Source of the DNA: the human T2T-CHM13v2.0 reference genome, Homo sapiens
Reading direction: 5' to 3' (one strand)
Assembly: GCF_009914755.1 (NCBI RefSeq)
Contig: NC_060925.1
DNA: 64,000 nucleotides
The notes beneath the pieces are model-generated. The model did no database searches and was not told where the DNA came from. It saw nothing but the letters and a program-made list of their open reading frames with translations. Position 1 is the first letter of the stretch, and each line of letters begins with the position of its first letter. The position numbers and the translations under genes are program-made. This document shows positions 16,534-31,720 of the stretch, piece after piece.

Positions 16534-16590
16534 ATCTCTCTCTCTCTGTGTGTGTCTGTGTGTGTGTCTGTGTGTGTGTGTGTGTGTCTA
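16534..16590. repeat. Compound (TC)n(TG)n microsatellite
   Basis: tctctctctctctgtgtgtgtctgtg...gtgtgtc. Confidence 0.95.
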
Positions 16591-16954
16591 TATATCTTAT
16601 CAGGCAATTTTTTTTTTTTTTGCATTTCCACGTTTCCCAAAAAATGATAGTTACTATCCCTGTCACCTAGGGCCCTAGGTCATCATAAACTACTCAAAGT
16701 GAAGGGACTATATTTTCTTCTTTTGCTTGGTCTTGCCATAAATATGCCCCGCAGGTTCACCTATACCCCAAAATATATACTTATATTTTGAGTATTCATC
16801 CAGACCTGTAGGTTTGAATCGAGAGATGTTTAAGTAATTCTCTTGTAAGTCTGCCTCCGGACCATTCTAAGGTTTGTCCTCTAGCCAATCTATATGTTTA
16901 TCCTTTTTTAAAAAATTATTTAACTGTTAAAACAATTTGCCTTTTTCTCACTGT

Positions 16955-17090
16955 GCATTCAATTTAATCAACAAATGTTAATGAACAAGGGGTTATGTTC
17001 AAAATTCTATTATAAGAACAATGGAAGATATAAATAAGCCATGGTCCTACCCCTCAAGAAACACAGTCTAGTGGGGAGACACACAAAAAG
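16955..17090 (-). mobile_element. L2 3'-end remnant
   Basis: cattcaatttaatcaacaaatg...atggtcctacccctcaagaaacacagtctagtggggagac. Confidence 0.55.
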
Positions 17091-17210
17091 TCTAATAAAT
17101 GCTATCGTGTAGGTACAAAATATGAGGAAAGAACACTGTATTGTCACTTTCTCTCACAGTTTAATAAAATGGCAAATGCTTTCTTTCTGCTTTATTGCTT
17201 TTTTAATGCC

Positions 17211-17688
<478 letters not shown>

Positions 17689-20600
17689 TAGCTAAGCTCC
17701 AGCTTTTCACTTTTCTTGACTCTGTCTTTCCAAGGAGTAACCCTTTTGGGTCAAAGTCAGAGGGGGCTTGCTGGAATCAAGGGCAGCTCCTCCTTTCTGG
17801 AGGAAGGAACTTCATCTTAAGGCTTGATAACAAAGGCTTACTGTTCCACTTAAAGGGATCAATCTGAGGGAAGAAGAGAAGTTAACCTTTAGTGACCCTT
17901 GAAAGCTTTAAAATAATTCTTTTGTGTTTTAGACACCTAAGAAAAATGTACGTACATCTGGTGGACTTGCATATCTTTAACACTTATCATGTACCTACAT
18001 ACAAGGAAAACATTAGTCTTTACTGTTAGCAAACACTCCACCACTGGGGGTTGCTTTGTGTTTAAGTACCTAATAGACCCACCAGAGTTCAGTAAGAAAT
18101 GCAACTTGAACAGCCCCTGAGATAAAATTTTCTAGGAAGTATAAAAACTAAAGAATGCCTGGAACTATGCAGACATAGATCAAGTCTCATGCATGTCATT
18201 TAGACAGACAGCTGAAATGCTGACATGGCCTATCCAGCCAGAGCCTTCAATTAAGAGTTCTCCAATGTTGACAATTTCAGCTGCCCTAGCAGCCTCTCTA
18301 AGCACTAAGAAGTATAGCCATCTAAATCCTTACAACTTATTCTAAGGGAAGAATCTCTTTAGAGATTACATTACACCAGCAAGAGAATATTAATAGTCCA
18401 TATGGCTTTATTTCCAACAAAATCCCAGAGTTTTTGCTTGCTCTTTGAGGTTAAAATCAAAGATTTTTCACTCAGGATTAGCCTAGATGTAGAACAGCGA
18501 CTGTATAATAAAGTTGAGTTCAAAAAGTGTATGAATTCAGTTATGGTCTGGAAAATTAGCTGCCATTTTGTGATGAAGTGTTTGGTTTTTCCTTGTAGAA
18601 ACTTAGTGTCATTGCGCATCAACTTAGAAAATGTGAATTGATTAAAAATATGTGATGGATTGTGCAGCATGCTTACATTTGAAAATGGAGATTGTGCCTT
18701 TAAATACTTAATCAAAGGACTCCTGACCTTCAAGTACCAGTTTGGGCATATTACTGGAGATCCAGGTTGAAAGGTATTGAAAAAAAAGCTCTGTATCTTT
18801 GTATATTCAGTTGTCAACATGGAGAAGCCACCTTTTAAAAAAGATCAGTTCTGTAAAGCATAATGCCTACTACACAGACATCATTATTCTACTTAAAAGT
18901 CTTTTTTTAAAATTCCAAATACTTGTGGTAGTAGAAAGCAATAAATATTCTAAAATGAGGGATATTGGTCCTTTTGTGACTGAGCTATATGATAAACTAA
19001 GGAAAACTACAGAAGTTATGTCTATTAACTCTTTAAGGTACATGATATAGCAAATAATCATTTGTACAACCTCATAGAAAGTTGAGAGGATTAATCAAAT
19101 TGTTTCAAAATTTTTAAGGAGCCAAATTTAAATTCTCAATACCCTATGAGATTTTTTAAACTATTTTAGATTCTTACCAGAAGAATGCATAGATGTAGTA
19201 AAACCATTAAATACAGTAGTATCTGGTGGCCTTTCTGTGTGGAGGAGCTCGTTTGTCCAAGGTATGATCTACCAGTGAGAAGATCAGTGCCAGGTCACAG
19301 AAAAAGCTAATCATTTTTAGTTTAATCCTGACCAGCTAGTCTTCCTCCAGGCATCAGCTACCTGATTTTAAAGAGACCATATTAGAAATGAAAAGCAGCA
19401 GTCTCTATCATATGTTAAATTCAAAGGCATAGCTGCTCGTGAAGACCCTATTATGTTTTATTTGCCTATCGGAGAAAGAGATCTGCCTACCTGCCTTTAG
19501 GAAAAAGCAATGCTTTATGTAGCTTCAATTAGTCCTGCATCAGGTTATTCTAATGCTTCCTACTGCAAAAACCAAGCCCACAAGTCTCCAATCCTAAAAG
19601 TCACTAGAATATTGATATAAGGAATTCTGTGTCAGCAGTATCTCAGTATTCAAACCTCTGTTTAGGGTCCTGCATGTACTATCAAACAGCAAGTGATAGA
19701 ACATTCAGGCGTTTTATTGGATTTCAGAATTCAGATTCAGAATTAAGTACTCTTGGGATAAAGGAAATTAACGAGCTTTTGACATTTCAAGAACTCATTG
19801 AGATTGTCAAAGGCTTCAGTAATGAACTCTAACAAATAGATCCAGAAGTCATAAGTGAGAAAGAAAACAAGCATGTCTAGTGAAATCTGTCCAGTGTACG
19901 TAACACTGCACAAAGAGCATATTTTATTCAGACCATTTGGATTCAGATGTACCCTAAAGACAACTATGCTATAATGGCTTGTCTCCTACTTCCTGGCCTC
20001 TAGCCCTACCCATTGCCCAGGTGGACGTTATGTTTTTAGTTTTTCCTTTGTGGGTGAGGGAAGAAGAGGACATCAGGTGAAGTGTGCCATTACTATTTGA
20101 AAACTAGCTCTGCAGGAAGGGTTAAATCAAATCCTTTACAGGGTGACCTTCCTACATCTCCTTAGAGCAACTGCATTTCAAAATAGGCCAAAGCTGAAGT
20201 CATAGGAATGAGACATTAATTGTAGGTTTTCAGGAAAGCTTCGGAGACACGGCAGGTACAGTCTCCTTAGAGCCTTTGAAAATACAACATGTAGGTCCTT
20301 CTCAGATTATGCTGAAACTCCAAATCCTTGTTAAAGGTTTTCCTGGACTCCTACAGTCTGGTTTGATCAGTTTATTATTAAGTACTGAATGACAGAGAAG
20401 GGTACACAGGGAGGACTTGTATCACATGAAGTAAAATAATTATTTCCTTAATGAGAAACTTAATTCTAGGGTACTTACAATAGCTGCCTTATTGGGGGAA
20501 GGGAGGCATAGATTTGCAAATGGTGGGTTTTTTCGTTTTTTTGTGTGTTGGAGTAATTGAAAAGATACATCAAGCAATAATAAACTAGATGTGCAATAAT

Positions 20601-23600
20601 CTTGTCGAGTAGTATGTGCTGGTTTTGGAAAGGTGAAAAGAAAATTGTTACATCAGGCTGCTTTTATCAAGCTAAGCATGGGCATGCCTTTCCAAAGGGT
20701 ATATTTGATCCTACAGTTAATTTTAACATTGGGCTGCAAGCTTAACCTCATCAGGAGTGGAATTAGATTTTACAAAGTTCCCCTTATCCAAACTACAGCA
20801 CGCTTACTACTTTCTCCTTCCATTTTCCACACCTCAGCCCCCTAGGACCAGCTACTGGTAAGTCATTTTGTCCATTTTCATTGATCTGGCCACATAAGGA
20901 ACATCCTGTTTCTTTAAATCCTCAATGCTTAAATTGCCATGTAGAAATCAACTCCCTATCAATTTTCTACATTTAATCCTTGGCTTCTTGTCATATTTTC
21001 ATTTTTCTGCACTGGTTCCCATGGCAACAAGTCTGTTGGCAGAGAAAGTATGACTCTGCTTTTAGCCTTCTGCACAAGACAAAATCCTTCTGGTGATCCT
21101 CAGGCAAGTATAATATAAAAAGTCAGGAATTGACTACAGTTCCCTTGGCTAATGCCTCTAATCCTTTACTCTCTTGCATGCATTTTCCACCTTATTCCCA
21201 AACCAGGCTTGAGAAAAAAAGCATTCAAGGGCCCTGCCCAGTATCTCTTTACTGATACAAGTATTCAAAGGCCCTCCTATCCAATCACAGCCACAAAGAC
21301 TGAATATTTTGGTTCAGATGGCTTTCCCTTCTCCCTAAGTGTCAGTGACTTAACTGACATAAATGCATAATTAATGACAAGGACCACTGGGAGCAGCATC
21401 GAGAAGCAACTTTCAGTCATTTTTCTATAAACAACTTTCCTCAGTTCGCAACTGAGGTGTAGCCCAGGGAATAAGTATGTCCTGAATTGAGCCTTAAATC
21501 AGTGACTAATAAGGCAATGGAACACTCAAGCAGATTTTCCTCTAATGAGTAGTTAAGTGGCACAGGAGGAGAGGCCAAGGAGTCATCCCAGAGTTCTAAG
21601 CTCATAAAGAGGAAGAGATAACAAAAGATGTAGATAAGAGGACATTGTTAACTGGTGGCTGCAAATGAGCAAGGGAGCTTCATTCAGTTGGGACAATTCA
21701 GGGTTCAGGTACGAAAAGGGTATGAAGCCTACTGAAAAATAAGGAAATGGAGCATGGAGAAAGAAAGGGTTTTTAAGAGTTAAGTCAGTAGAAAGGGAGC
21801 CTGCAAATGAGACAATAGCTTCATGCAGACTTTGGCCCAACTCTGTCTACAAATACTTTTGCAAATAATGTTTCTCTTAATAAAATGATATATTTTGTTT
21901 TGAACTTTGGAATTCCATTGTGGCTTGGCACTAAATTATAGGCCTAGCAATCCTAAATCTCCTATGTCCTCAATATCTAGAAACAAGCAGGAACTGTTTG
22001 TCAGAAATTAAACAGGACTTATTTGAATGTGCTTTAAAAAAAAAATCAATGAATTCAGGGGAATGAAAATACATGTTAGAAATTAAAATGTGGTTATCTC
22101 AGCTATAGTTAAGAAAATTATCAAATGTAAATGATCCCTTTTTTGCTGGATCTTATAAAATATGTGATACTTAAGTACACTGAAGTTTTAAAGTTAGCTG
22201 CTTATATTGTACAAAGATATTTTTGGCTCTTTAAAGGTTATTTTCCTATATTAAGAAAAGGTTTCTTATATTGAAAACTTTTATGGTGACTCAGGTTTTG
22301 TGTCTATGTATAGGCACACATAAATAGGAGGTGTTTTTCTTTGCACATTTGTTTTGCACAGCTAAAATAATGAGGTTAAATAATGCCCAGGTATGCAGGT
22401 CAATTGACCTTTTTAATAGCTTAACGAAAGCATTTGACAAATGGACAAAAGAAATCACATTGTATTTCTTTGTATCTCTCCATTCCTCTTACCCTTCCCC
22501 AACCCTCTACTAAAGAATATTTCTTATTTAGTCAGGAAATCTTATGTAATATTTTTGGACGGTCCATAGGAAAAGCAAGATGAAACTCTCAGGCAGACAA
22601 CATAAAGCAGCTCCCATATCTGCTAGAAAGGTCATTAATTTTCAGAATATATTGTTGAAATAATTTTTATTTTCAATACTTGTAGTCTTTCCACTCAGAG
22701 GACTCTTATTTGGCTTGAATGTGGAAAAGGCATCTGGTTCAGGTCAGTAAGGACTGTTGTATGTAAGTTTTACTCTAGAAAATTTGGTTTTAGCTTTGAT
22801 GACACCTAGCGTCAGTGGAATGCAATGAATGCTTAATACTTCGGCTTTATAATGTTTGTGCATTTCTCTTTAACATCCTCAAATACACTTTCATCCTTGA
22901 AAACACAAGCCTATTTTCTGTTTGAAATGAAGAGAAAAGTAATTGACAGATAAACAGATAGTTTTTGTTTGAAGAGCCAATCAAGTTTCTCTTTGTACTC
23001 AGTAGGGACTAAAGGAAGCTTAAGGATAATGACATTGTCTTCATATGAAGAAGAAATTTTTTACTAGTGGAAAATTAGAAGTAAATCTACCAAATTCTGT
23101 TTGTAAATTTTAAAGACCACCACAAAAGACCTTGAAAAAAGTGAAACTACTGCAAGATTACTGTTGCTTATTGAAAGTAATAATACAGTTTTATTTTTTC
23201 CACTTTATAACTGCCCAAGGGCTCCCCCAACCAGCTATATATAAGAAAACCATAACATGAACTAGGGTCTTTCTATTCAAAAAAGAAATATTAAACTAAC
23301 ATAAGCAATTCTGAAGGAAGACAGTGGTAGGTTTTCAGATGGTTTGTTAAGAATTATATGTAAAAGGATACTAGATATTATGTTTTGGATGTTTTCTAAG
23401 TATCTATGAAAATTATTTTTTCCTAAACGATTTCATAATTGATTACTTTTGACCTCAGTTATTTTGGGGCATAATCCTTTTACTACTCTATAAAGAAGTT
23501 CTACTTCTACCTATATGAATTTGTATTTTCCCATATGCCAAACACACACACATAAATTTTCTTTTTCTCATTTCAGCTCATATAATTCAGTTAGTGAAAT

Positions 23601-24829
23601 ATTTCACTCTTCTGTAAGTTTAAGAAAAATTCCTAAGCAGTGATACAACTTTGGGTCGCTATTTTAGTAAAATGAAGAGTCTCTAGACTTTTTTTTTTTT
23701 TTTAATGATCTCTGACTTCACTACCATATGTGCAGCACAACAGTGACATCTTAAGGCCAAGTAACCAGAGCTCCTTTAGCCAGAGAAAGAACTTGAATTG
23801 GGATCTGATTTCAAAGAAATCCCATTATATTATCAAGTCGTTTTCAAATTTACAATATTCGACTGGTAAAGAAAGTGCTTCTTTATGACTTCTTTTGCAG
23901 TCTTTGTGAACCTTTTAATGTGCAATAGTAAACACTGACATTTTACATAGACATATTGTATATTAATGCATGCATTTCACTGCATAGTTTATTGACACTA
24001 CCCTTGTAAAGCTTTTATGGAAGAACCAACAAGCCACAGCAGTATAGCAAAAGAGGCTTAATCTTTATAAATTGGGGCCTTTTCTGTCTCTTTGCTAGCC
24101 TAGGTGGCTGTATACAAATTCGGGTGGGAGGGGGCAGGAAACACCTCTTCACATTTAAGGTTTTCTACTTGGGTGTACTCTAGCCAATTCAAAACAAATT
24201 GCTTACTTTAATAATACAATTTTACCATTTTATAAAAAAAATCAAATCACAACATGTTTAACTGAAATGGCTGTATTGTAATTAATATTTTGAGATAATT
24301 GTGATTTTGAGCTTAAATTATATATAAAAAATTGTCATTTTTGTATGTGTTAAAAAGACTACTATATCACAATTAAAAGTACTTTTTAGTTGAACTACAT
24401 ATTGATGTAAATAAAACTGAATGAAGACATATTTACTACTTTATTAACATAGATCGTGAATGTACTTACTGGTTTTTTTGCAGTATGAGACCATAACAAC
24501 CTTGAAAGCTGCTTCATTTTATGTGCAAAGAAGTCCTATGAATCTATATTTTAAATTTACTGAACCAGTGAAATTAATTACTGTCAGTTAATTTGCAAAT
24601 GCAAGCTGTATTCTCCAGTTTTATTTTATGTACTGACACTAATTGGTAAAGGTGTACAATGTGATTAGAATGCATTTTGAAGATGCTTTCTGTACAGATA
24701 CAAAATACAGGGACTAAAATAATGCTGTGCAGTGTATAGCAGAGCCATTTTTCGGCTTTGGTGTACTCAACTTTTTCAGTATTTAAAAAAGTGTTTTGAA
24801 TAACATAAAAGTCTCCTTATTGTATAAAT

Positions 24830-24835
24830 AATAAA
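24830..24835 (+). terminator. LRRC7: LRRC7 distal poly(A) signal (AATAAA)
   Basis: tgtataaatAATAAA with TGTA just upstream and a GU/U-rich element (gtgtcttttgttt) ~20-30 nt downstream. Confidence 0.65.
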
Positions 24836-24926
24836 ATGTCACCTTATTGTAAAGTGTCTTTTGTTTACTATCAAAGCAGACCTCGTAGTCAGCAACAGAG
24901 ATGTAATAAGAAAAAGGCATGTTTTT

Positions 24927-25250
24927 GTTTTTATTTTTTATTTTTTTGAGATGGAGGAGTTTCACTCTTACCCAAGGCTGGAGTACAGAGTGGCGCGATC
25001 TCAGCACTCTGTCATCCTCTGCCTCCTGGGTTCAAGTGATTCTCCTGCCTCAGCCTCCCAAGATGCTGAGATTACAGGCACATGCACCATGCCCGGATAG
25101 TTTTTTTTGGTTTTGTTTTTTGTATTTTTAGTAGAGACGGGGGTTTCACCATGTTAGCCAGGCTGGTCTTGAACTCCTGACCTCAAGTGATCTGCCCGCC
25201 TCAGCCTCCCGAAGTGTTGGGATTACAGGCGTAAGCCACTGCCCCCAGCC
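24927..25250 (-). mobile_element. AluS between the two gene ends
   Basis: Full reverse dimer with 16-bp TSD aaaaaggcatgttttt (24911-24926, 25251-25266). Confidence 0.95.
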
Positions 25251-25299
25251 AAAAAGGCATGTTTTTTTTAAAATGAAAACATAAACATTGTAATCAATA

Positions 25300-26288
25300 T
25301 TTGAAAAATGTAACTTTTATTCTGAACATGTAGTATTTATCTTTATTAGCAATTTTTTTCATAATATAAGCATGCCTCAATCATCCAAAAGCTATCTACC
25401 TATCTATATAAATTGATATACATGCTACTGAATTGACTTCTTAATAGAATCATATGGTAAGTGTTATAATGACTAATCAACCTACTTCTGATAATTTTGG
25501 TGTAAACAAAAATGATATTTAATTTTTATTAAATCAAGTTTACCTATCAAATTCCCTTTTAGAAAAACACTGCAAGTTTAGTCTTACCAAGATTGCAAGT
25601 AAATTTTAAAATTATGGTGCTGTAAATAAAAAGGTTTTAAGTTGAAATGTGTACTGAGATTAGCCATATCACAAAAGTCCTATCATGGGTAATGAAAAGT
25701 CTTATTTTTAATATATTTTTGTTTCCTTTTTCTTTTGACATGTGGCCCAAGATAAGAAGGTCTTATTTTTTAAATGCCAAAGAACAGTATTCAACAAAAT
25801 TCGATTTAATTTTATATCTAACAAAAACATAGAAACTGGCTAGTCATATTCAAGTCAATTGGTCACATTGTATGGAATACAAAAATAAATGAGAAAAAAA
25901 ACCAGTTCTACAAAAATGCTTTGTTATTATAATACTGAACCACATTAAATAAAAATTCATTTTTGAAAAAACTGCTTGCTATAAGAAAATGAAAGTTAGC
26001 AGGATAAATCATAAGCAAAACATTTAGAACAAATGTATGAACACATTGTGGTTATCACCATTACAAATGTATACAACACCTTACAAAAATCTTAAATAAA
26101 AATGTAAAAATATTTACTGGCAGTGAATATGGCCCAGGCTAATTATACCAACGGGTAGGTGATACTGGGAAACTACAAGATCAATTACAATAATCACCTT
26201 TTAAGATGATACTAAAACAAATGTTACATCCTCCTTAGAATTAACCAGGGTTAATAATACATGACAAGGGTTATAAAGCAACTCCATG
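25300..26288 (-). other. LRRC40: LRRC40 3' UTR
   Basis: Lies between the TAA stop (26289-26291) and the poly(A) signals at 25316/25342. The 3' end is approximate. Confidence 0.75.
25316..25321 (-). terminator. LRRC40: LRRC40 poly(A) signal (AATAAA on minus strand); second copy at 25342-25347
   Basis: tttatt on the + strand ~970 nt past the LRRC40 stop, with a U-rich downstream tract on the minus strand. Confidence 0.65.
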
Positions 26289-26447
<159 letters not shown>

Positions 26448-26475
26448 TCATCTAATTTCATTTGCAATTTTATAA

Positions 26476-26812
<337 letters not shown>

Positions 26813-26869
26813 CTATTTGCCCCTTTTCATATCTGAACATTTAAACATTAGAATTATAACTAATTAATA

Positions 26870-27087
26870 ACCCAAAACATATTAATTGAATACTTACTTT
26901 GTGAAAGGTACTGAGCCAAGTAATTTATATTCAGTCACTCTTAACAATCCTATTTTCTCAACAATCCTATGATGTAAGTACCATTAATAGTTCTGTTTTA
27001 ATAGATGAGGAAATACAAATTTAGGGGGGTAAGAAATATTGTCTAAGATCAAACAGCTACTAAATGATGGAGCTGTGATTTGAACCA
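26870..27087 (-). mobile_element. MIR
   Basis: Core caacaatcctatga...agatgaggaaa...acagctactaaatgatggagctgtgatttgaacc. Confidence 0.8.
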
Positions 27088-27530
27088 CCCTTTTATCCAG
27101 CCTTCTCAACCTTATTAAGTGACTGTATACTAAATGGTCAAGTAAGATTTAAACAAATATCAGCATGAGTCATCCAAGCCAAGGACTGTAATGTAATCAA
27201 TGTATCACCACCACTGCTCCACCCCCTGCCTCCCAAAACATTAACACATTCTGCCCTCTCCCTCCTTTGAGCAGATACACATATATAAATCTATTTACAT
27301 GTTCTGAGAGTTCAACTTAAGATTTAAGAGCTTGTTTTGTTTCATTATATAATAAAATATCTTCAATTAAGAGAGGCTTTTTTATTATTTTTAACAGTTA
27401 AGTGTTTATGTAAACAAAAATCAAAGGACTCAACCATATTGTTGATCTAAATTATATCTTCAAATATTTCTGTTTCTTGGGAATTCTTTTAAAGACTTAT
27501 TTTCTTAATTTCTAGAAAAAAAGTTGATTA

Positions 27531-28162
27531 CAGTTGATCCTCATTATTCATGGGTGCTATATTTGCAAACTTGCCTACTCACTAAAGTTTATACCCCCAA
27601 ATCAATGTGTGGCACTTCCGAGGTCATTCATAAACAGGCACAGAGGAGCAAAAAATTGGAGTCACCCCACGGGCATGTTCCCAGGTGAGACTGAACAAGG
27701 TGATGCTTTGTCTTCTTGTTTCAGCTCTTATACTGTAAACGGGTCATTTTGGTGGTTCATTTAGTGCCACGCTTTTCAAATTTTCATACCTTTGTTGGTG
27801 ATTTCACTGTGTTAAATGGTCACCAAGTATAATGCTAAAGTACTGTCTAGTCTTCCTAAGGACAAATGTGGATTACGAAAAAAATACATGTGTCAGGTAA
27901 GCTTTGTTCAGGCATGAATTATAGTGCTGTTGGCCATGATTTCAATGTTAATGACACAACAGTAATATTAAATGAAGTATCTTACTACAGAAACACACAT
28001 ATAACAAAGTTATATATTGACTGGTTGCTGAAAATGTTGTGACTAGACTCTTGCAAGAACCTAACCCCTGTATTTCCCCCAGAAGCAATAGGTCAGTATT
28101 CACTAACTGGGTGTTCAGAGTGTCTATAGAACATAACTGCCACAAAGAATAAGAATCAACTG
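27531..28162 (-). mobile_element. MER82 (TcMar-Tigger non-autonomous DNA transposon)
   Basis: TIRs cagttgatcctcattatt / aataagaatcaactg with TA on both sides. The reverse complement matches the recalled MER82 5' end. Confidence 0.8.
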
Positions 28163-28334
28163 TATTTATAGTCTCCTATAACTTACTAACATGAGGTACT
28201 AGAGCAGATACCAGTGTTGCTCCAGTGAAGTAAAATATACCAAATCATTCATATGCAGTTTTCAGCAATTAAATTACTTCTGACACATTCTGCTTAACCA
28301 CTTGGCTTTCTGTCGATACCTCAAACCTCCTTTA

Positions 28335-28615
28335 TATTCACTTAATAAGCACTTACTGGGTGTTTACTATGTTTTAGGCACTGGGACAACTCTTTTCCAA
28401 AGAAAGACCCAAAAATCGTACAAATAAGTCCAAATGAAGCATGATGGGAAATCAGGGACTAATTCTGCTTGGAGGACAGGGAAGGCTTTCAAAGGTGACA
28501 TTCAATAGGCCAATTATTGATGAAAACAGGGTAAAAGTACCTGATGCTGAGGGAACAGCAGATGTAAAGAGTGAGAAAGACTGTACTGGGCTCAAAATAG
28601 AATGGTGGTAATCTG
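28335..28615 (-). mobile_element. L2 remnant
   Basis: attcacttaataagcacttactgggtgtttactatgt..aggcactggg...agggaaggctt. Confidence 0.55.
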
Positions 28616-28974
28616 CAATCAATTTCAAAAAAAAAAAAAAAAAAAACCCTGTATTCAAAGCTAAGGAGTTAATATTTCCCCGACATTTTTATGCAGTAGA
28701 GATTCAGGTTATAAACATACACAGTGATAGCGAAAAGCCACTAGAAATAATTAGTTATTATATTCACACATATACCATATAAGCAAAACTAAAAATATAC
28801 ATTTGGTAAAATTTGAAAAACAGAATTGGGACTCTGGGTTTTGTTACTTGTTATTTTTAACAGGATATTAAATCTGTTACTTTAACTTCTTGCAAATTTA
28901 TCTGAAAAAGAAAAACAAATCACTTCAACAAATCAATAAAATAAATGAAACAATGCAGTAGAATGGTGTAGTTA

Positions 28975-29184
<210 letters not shown>

Positions 29185-30269
29185 CTAAATATACTGGAAT
29201 CAGACCAAAATCATTCCTTAAAACATATTATCTTAAATTTGACATGACAGTTTTTTCTTTAGTGTATGTTATTCTGTAATTGGCATTAAGTCCTGTATTT
29301 GAATTTTACAAAAAATAAAGAGAAAGGGCTAATTTTGAAAACCTTGAAATACATGTTAAACAGACAGACTTGTAACAGTTGCTATTTATTGTATAAAATC
29401 AGCAAAACTTCAGAGTAAATTCTCCCAGTAAATTTTTCTGTTCACATTCAAGAGGAAATCTTCTCTAAATGTATCCATGTAGGTATTCTTCCTTTCACTT
29501 TTACTTCTTATGAAACATAATCACTCCCAATATATTAAGTAAAATTCAAGATTTATATTTTGCTTTGACTGAGGCTTCTAAAATGAGTACACTTTGGGTT
29601 CTTAAAAAGATAACAAATTAGCATAGACTGCTGGCTTTCTTGTCCAAGCAACCCTGAAGATGCCACAAGATATGGGAAGGCTAATAGCTCTCAAAGCAAT
29701 ACTTGCAATTAACGTAAAATGGCTGAGGACCCCGCAGGGCACAAAGGCTAGCACAGTTTTAGCATGAGGTGAACTGCAGCCTTGACTAGAAAATAGAAGA
29801 ATGGGCAGGAACGAGAGCTTTGGCCTTTTCATTTCCGCATACTGCCCCCTTCCTTTGCTGCCTTGATGAAAAAAAGCAATAGTGAAGTGTAAACTCAAGG
29901 CAGTGCTGAAGTTCCAGTAAGACTAGAGAAGCAATAGCCAAGAGTACAGATGGACCAAATGACCCCTTAATAGGCTCTTCTCTTCCCTCCCTGCAACCCA
30001 TGAACAAGATAATCACCTGATAACACGGAAGTTTAGGCTAGCTTTTGGCACTTCCCCAAAGACATTACTTGCAAGGCAATTGTTAGCTCAATTGACAACA
30101 CAATATAAAACTGATAGCTCAATTCACAAGTAAAAATTAGGAGAGATGTGAGAAGTGCACATATTTTAAAATAATGACAATAATGGTGCAATCTATATAC
30201 TAGAAAGGACAAGTAATGGAGCAGACAGAAGAAAAATTAAAATGAGCAATATTTTAACATCACTATGCA

Positions 30270-30397
30270 TTAGCTTCCTCATCTATAAATGAGGAATAAT
30301 AATAGTACTAAACATATACACTTGTTATAAGGATTAAATGAATGTATTTGAAGACCTTAGGACATTATCTAGGTTGCATTAAACATTAGCTGCTAAT
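30270..30397 (+). mobile_element. MIR fragment
   Basis: agcttcctcatctataaatgaggaataataatagtac...aggattaaatga. Confidence 0.75.
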
Positions 30398-31005
<608 letters not shown>

Positions 31006-31615
31006 TTAATTATCTGCAGTATCTTGATAGTGTTTGCAGAACAAAATCTAAGTTTCGTTGAGCACAAAAAGCTCAAGGTCTGGCTACTGCTTACTTGCCA
31101 GACTTTATCTGTTCCTTCTACTCCTCTACCTGTTTGCTTTATTGTCCAAAGCACATTGAACTTCTTGAAGTTTCCCAGACACCCCATATGTTCTCACATC
31201 TTTGTGCCTTGGCATATGCTATTAGCTCTAACTAGAATGCTCTCTACCTGAATGGCTGGCAAATGTCTATTTTTCAAACCTCAGTTTCAATGCTATCTCC
31301 TCTACCTTAAAGTAATCTCAGAAGACATTTTCCTGTGCACTATCCTTCCATTAGAGCAATTGTAATTATTTATTTTGTCTTTTTAGGCCACAGGTTTCTC
31401 AAAATGGTAAAAAGGAATGAAAAATATGTTAGACATCAACTATGAGAATTCTAAGAAAATAATATTTTTAACTCTAAGAAGAACTAAGTGAAAATAAAAT
31501 CTGGATATTGAAATAAAGTAGAAGGGGCCTTTTTGTTTTTTTGGCTTTTGTTTTCTCCAATGAGAAAGATCTACATATTTCCACAGAATAACAATTAGAA
31601 TTGTCTGTTCTCTTA

Positions 31616-31720
<105 letters not shown>

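Noticed and set aside
18371-18820. 149-aa minus-strand ORF
   Set aside because: No recognisable domain, composition typical of AT-rich non-coding DNA, and no supporting exon structure.
29620-30060. GC-richer block in LRRC40 intron 13 with two overlapping ORFs
   Set aside because: No coding or splice support. It is probably an old LTR/TE fragment that I cannot name.
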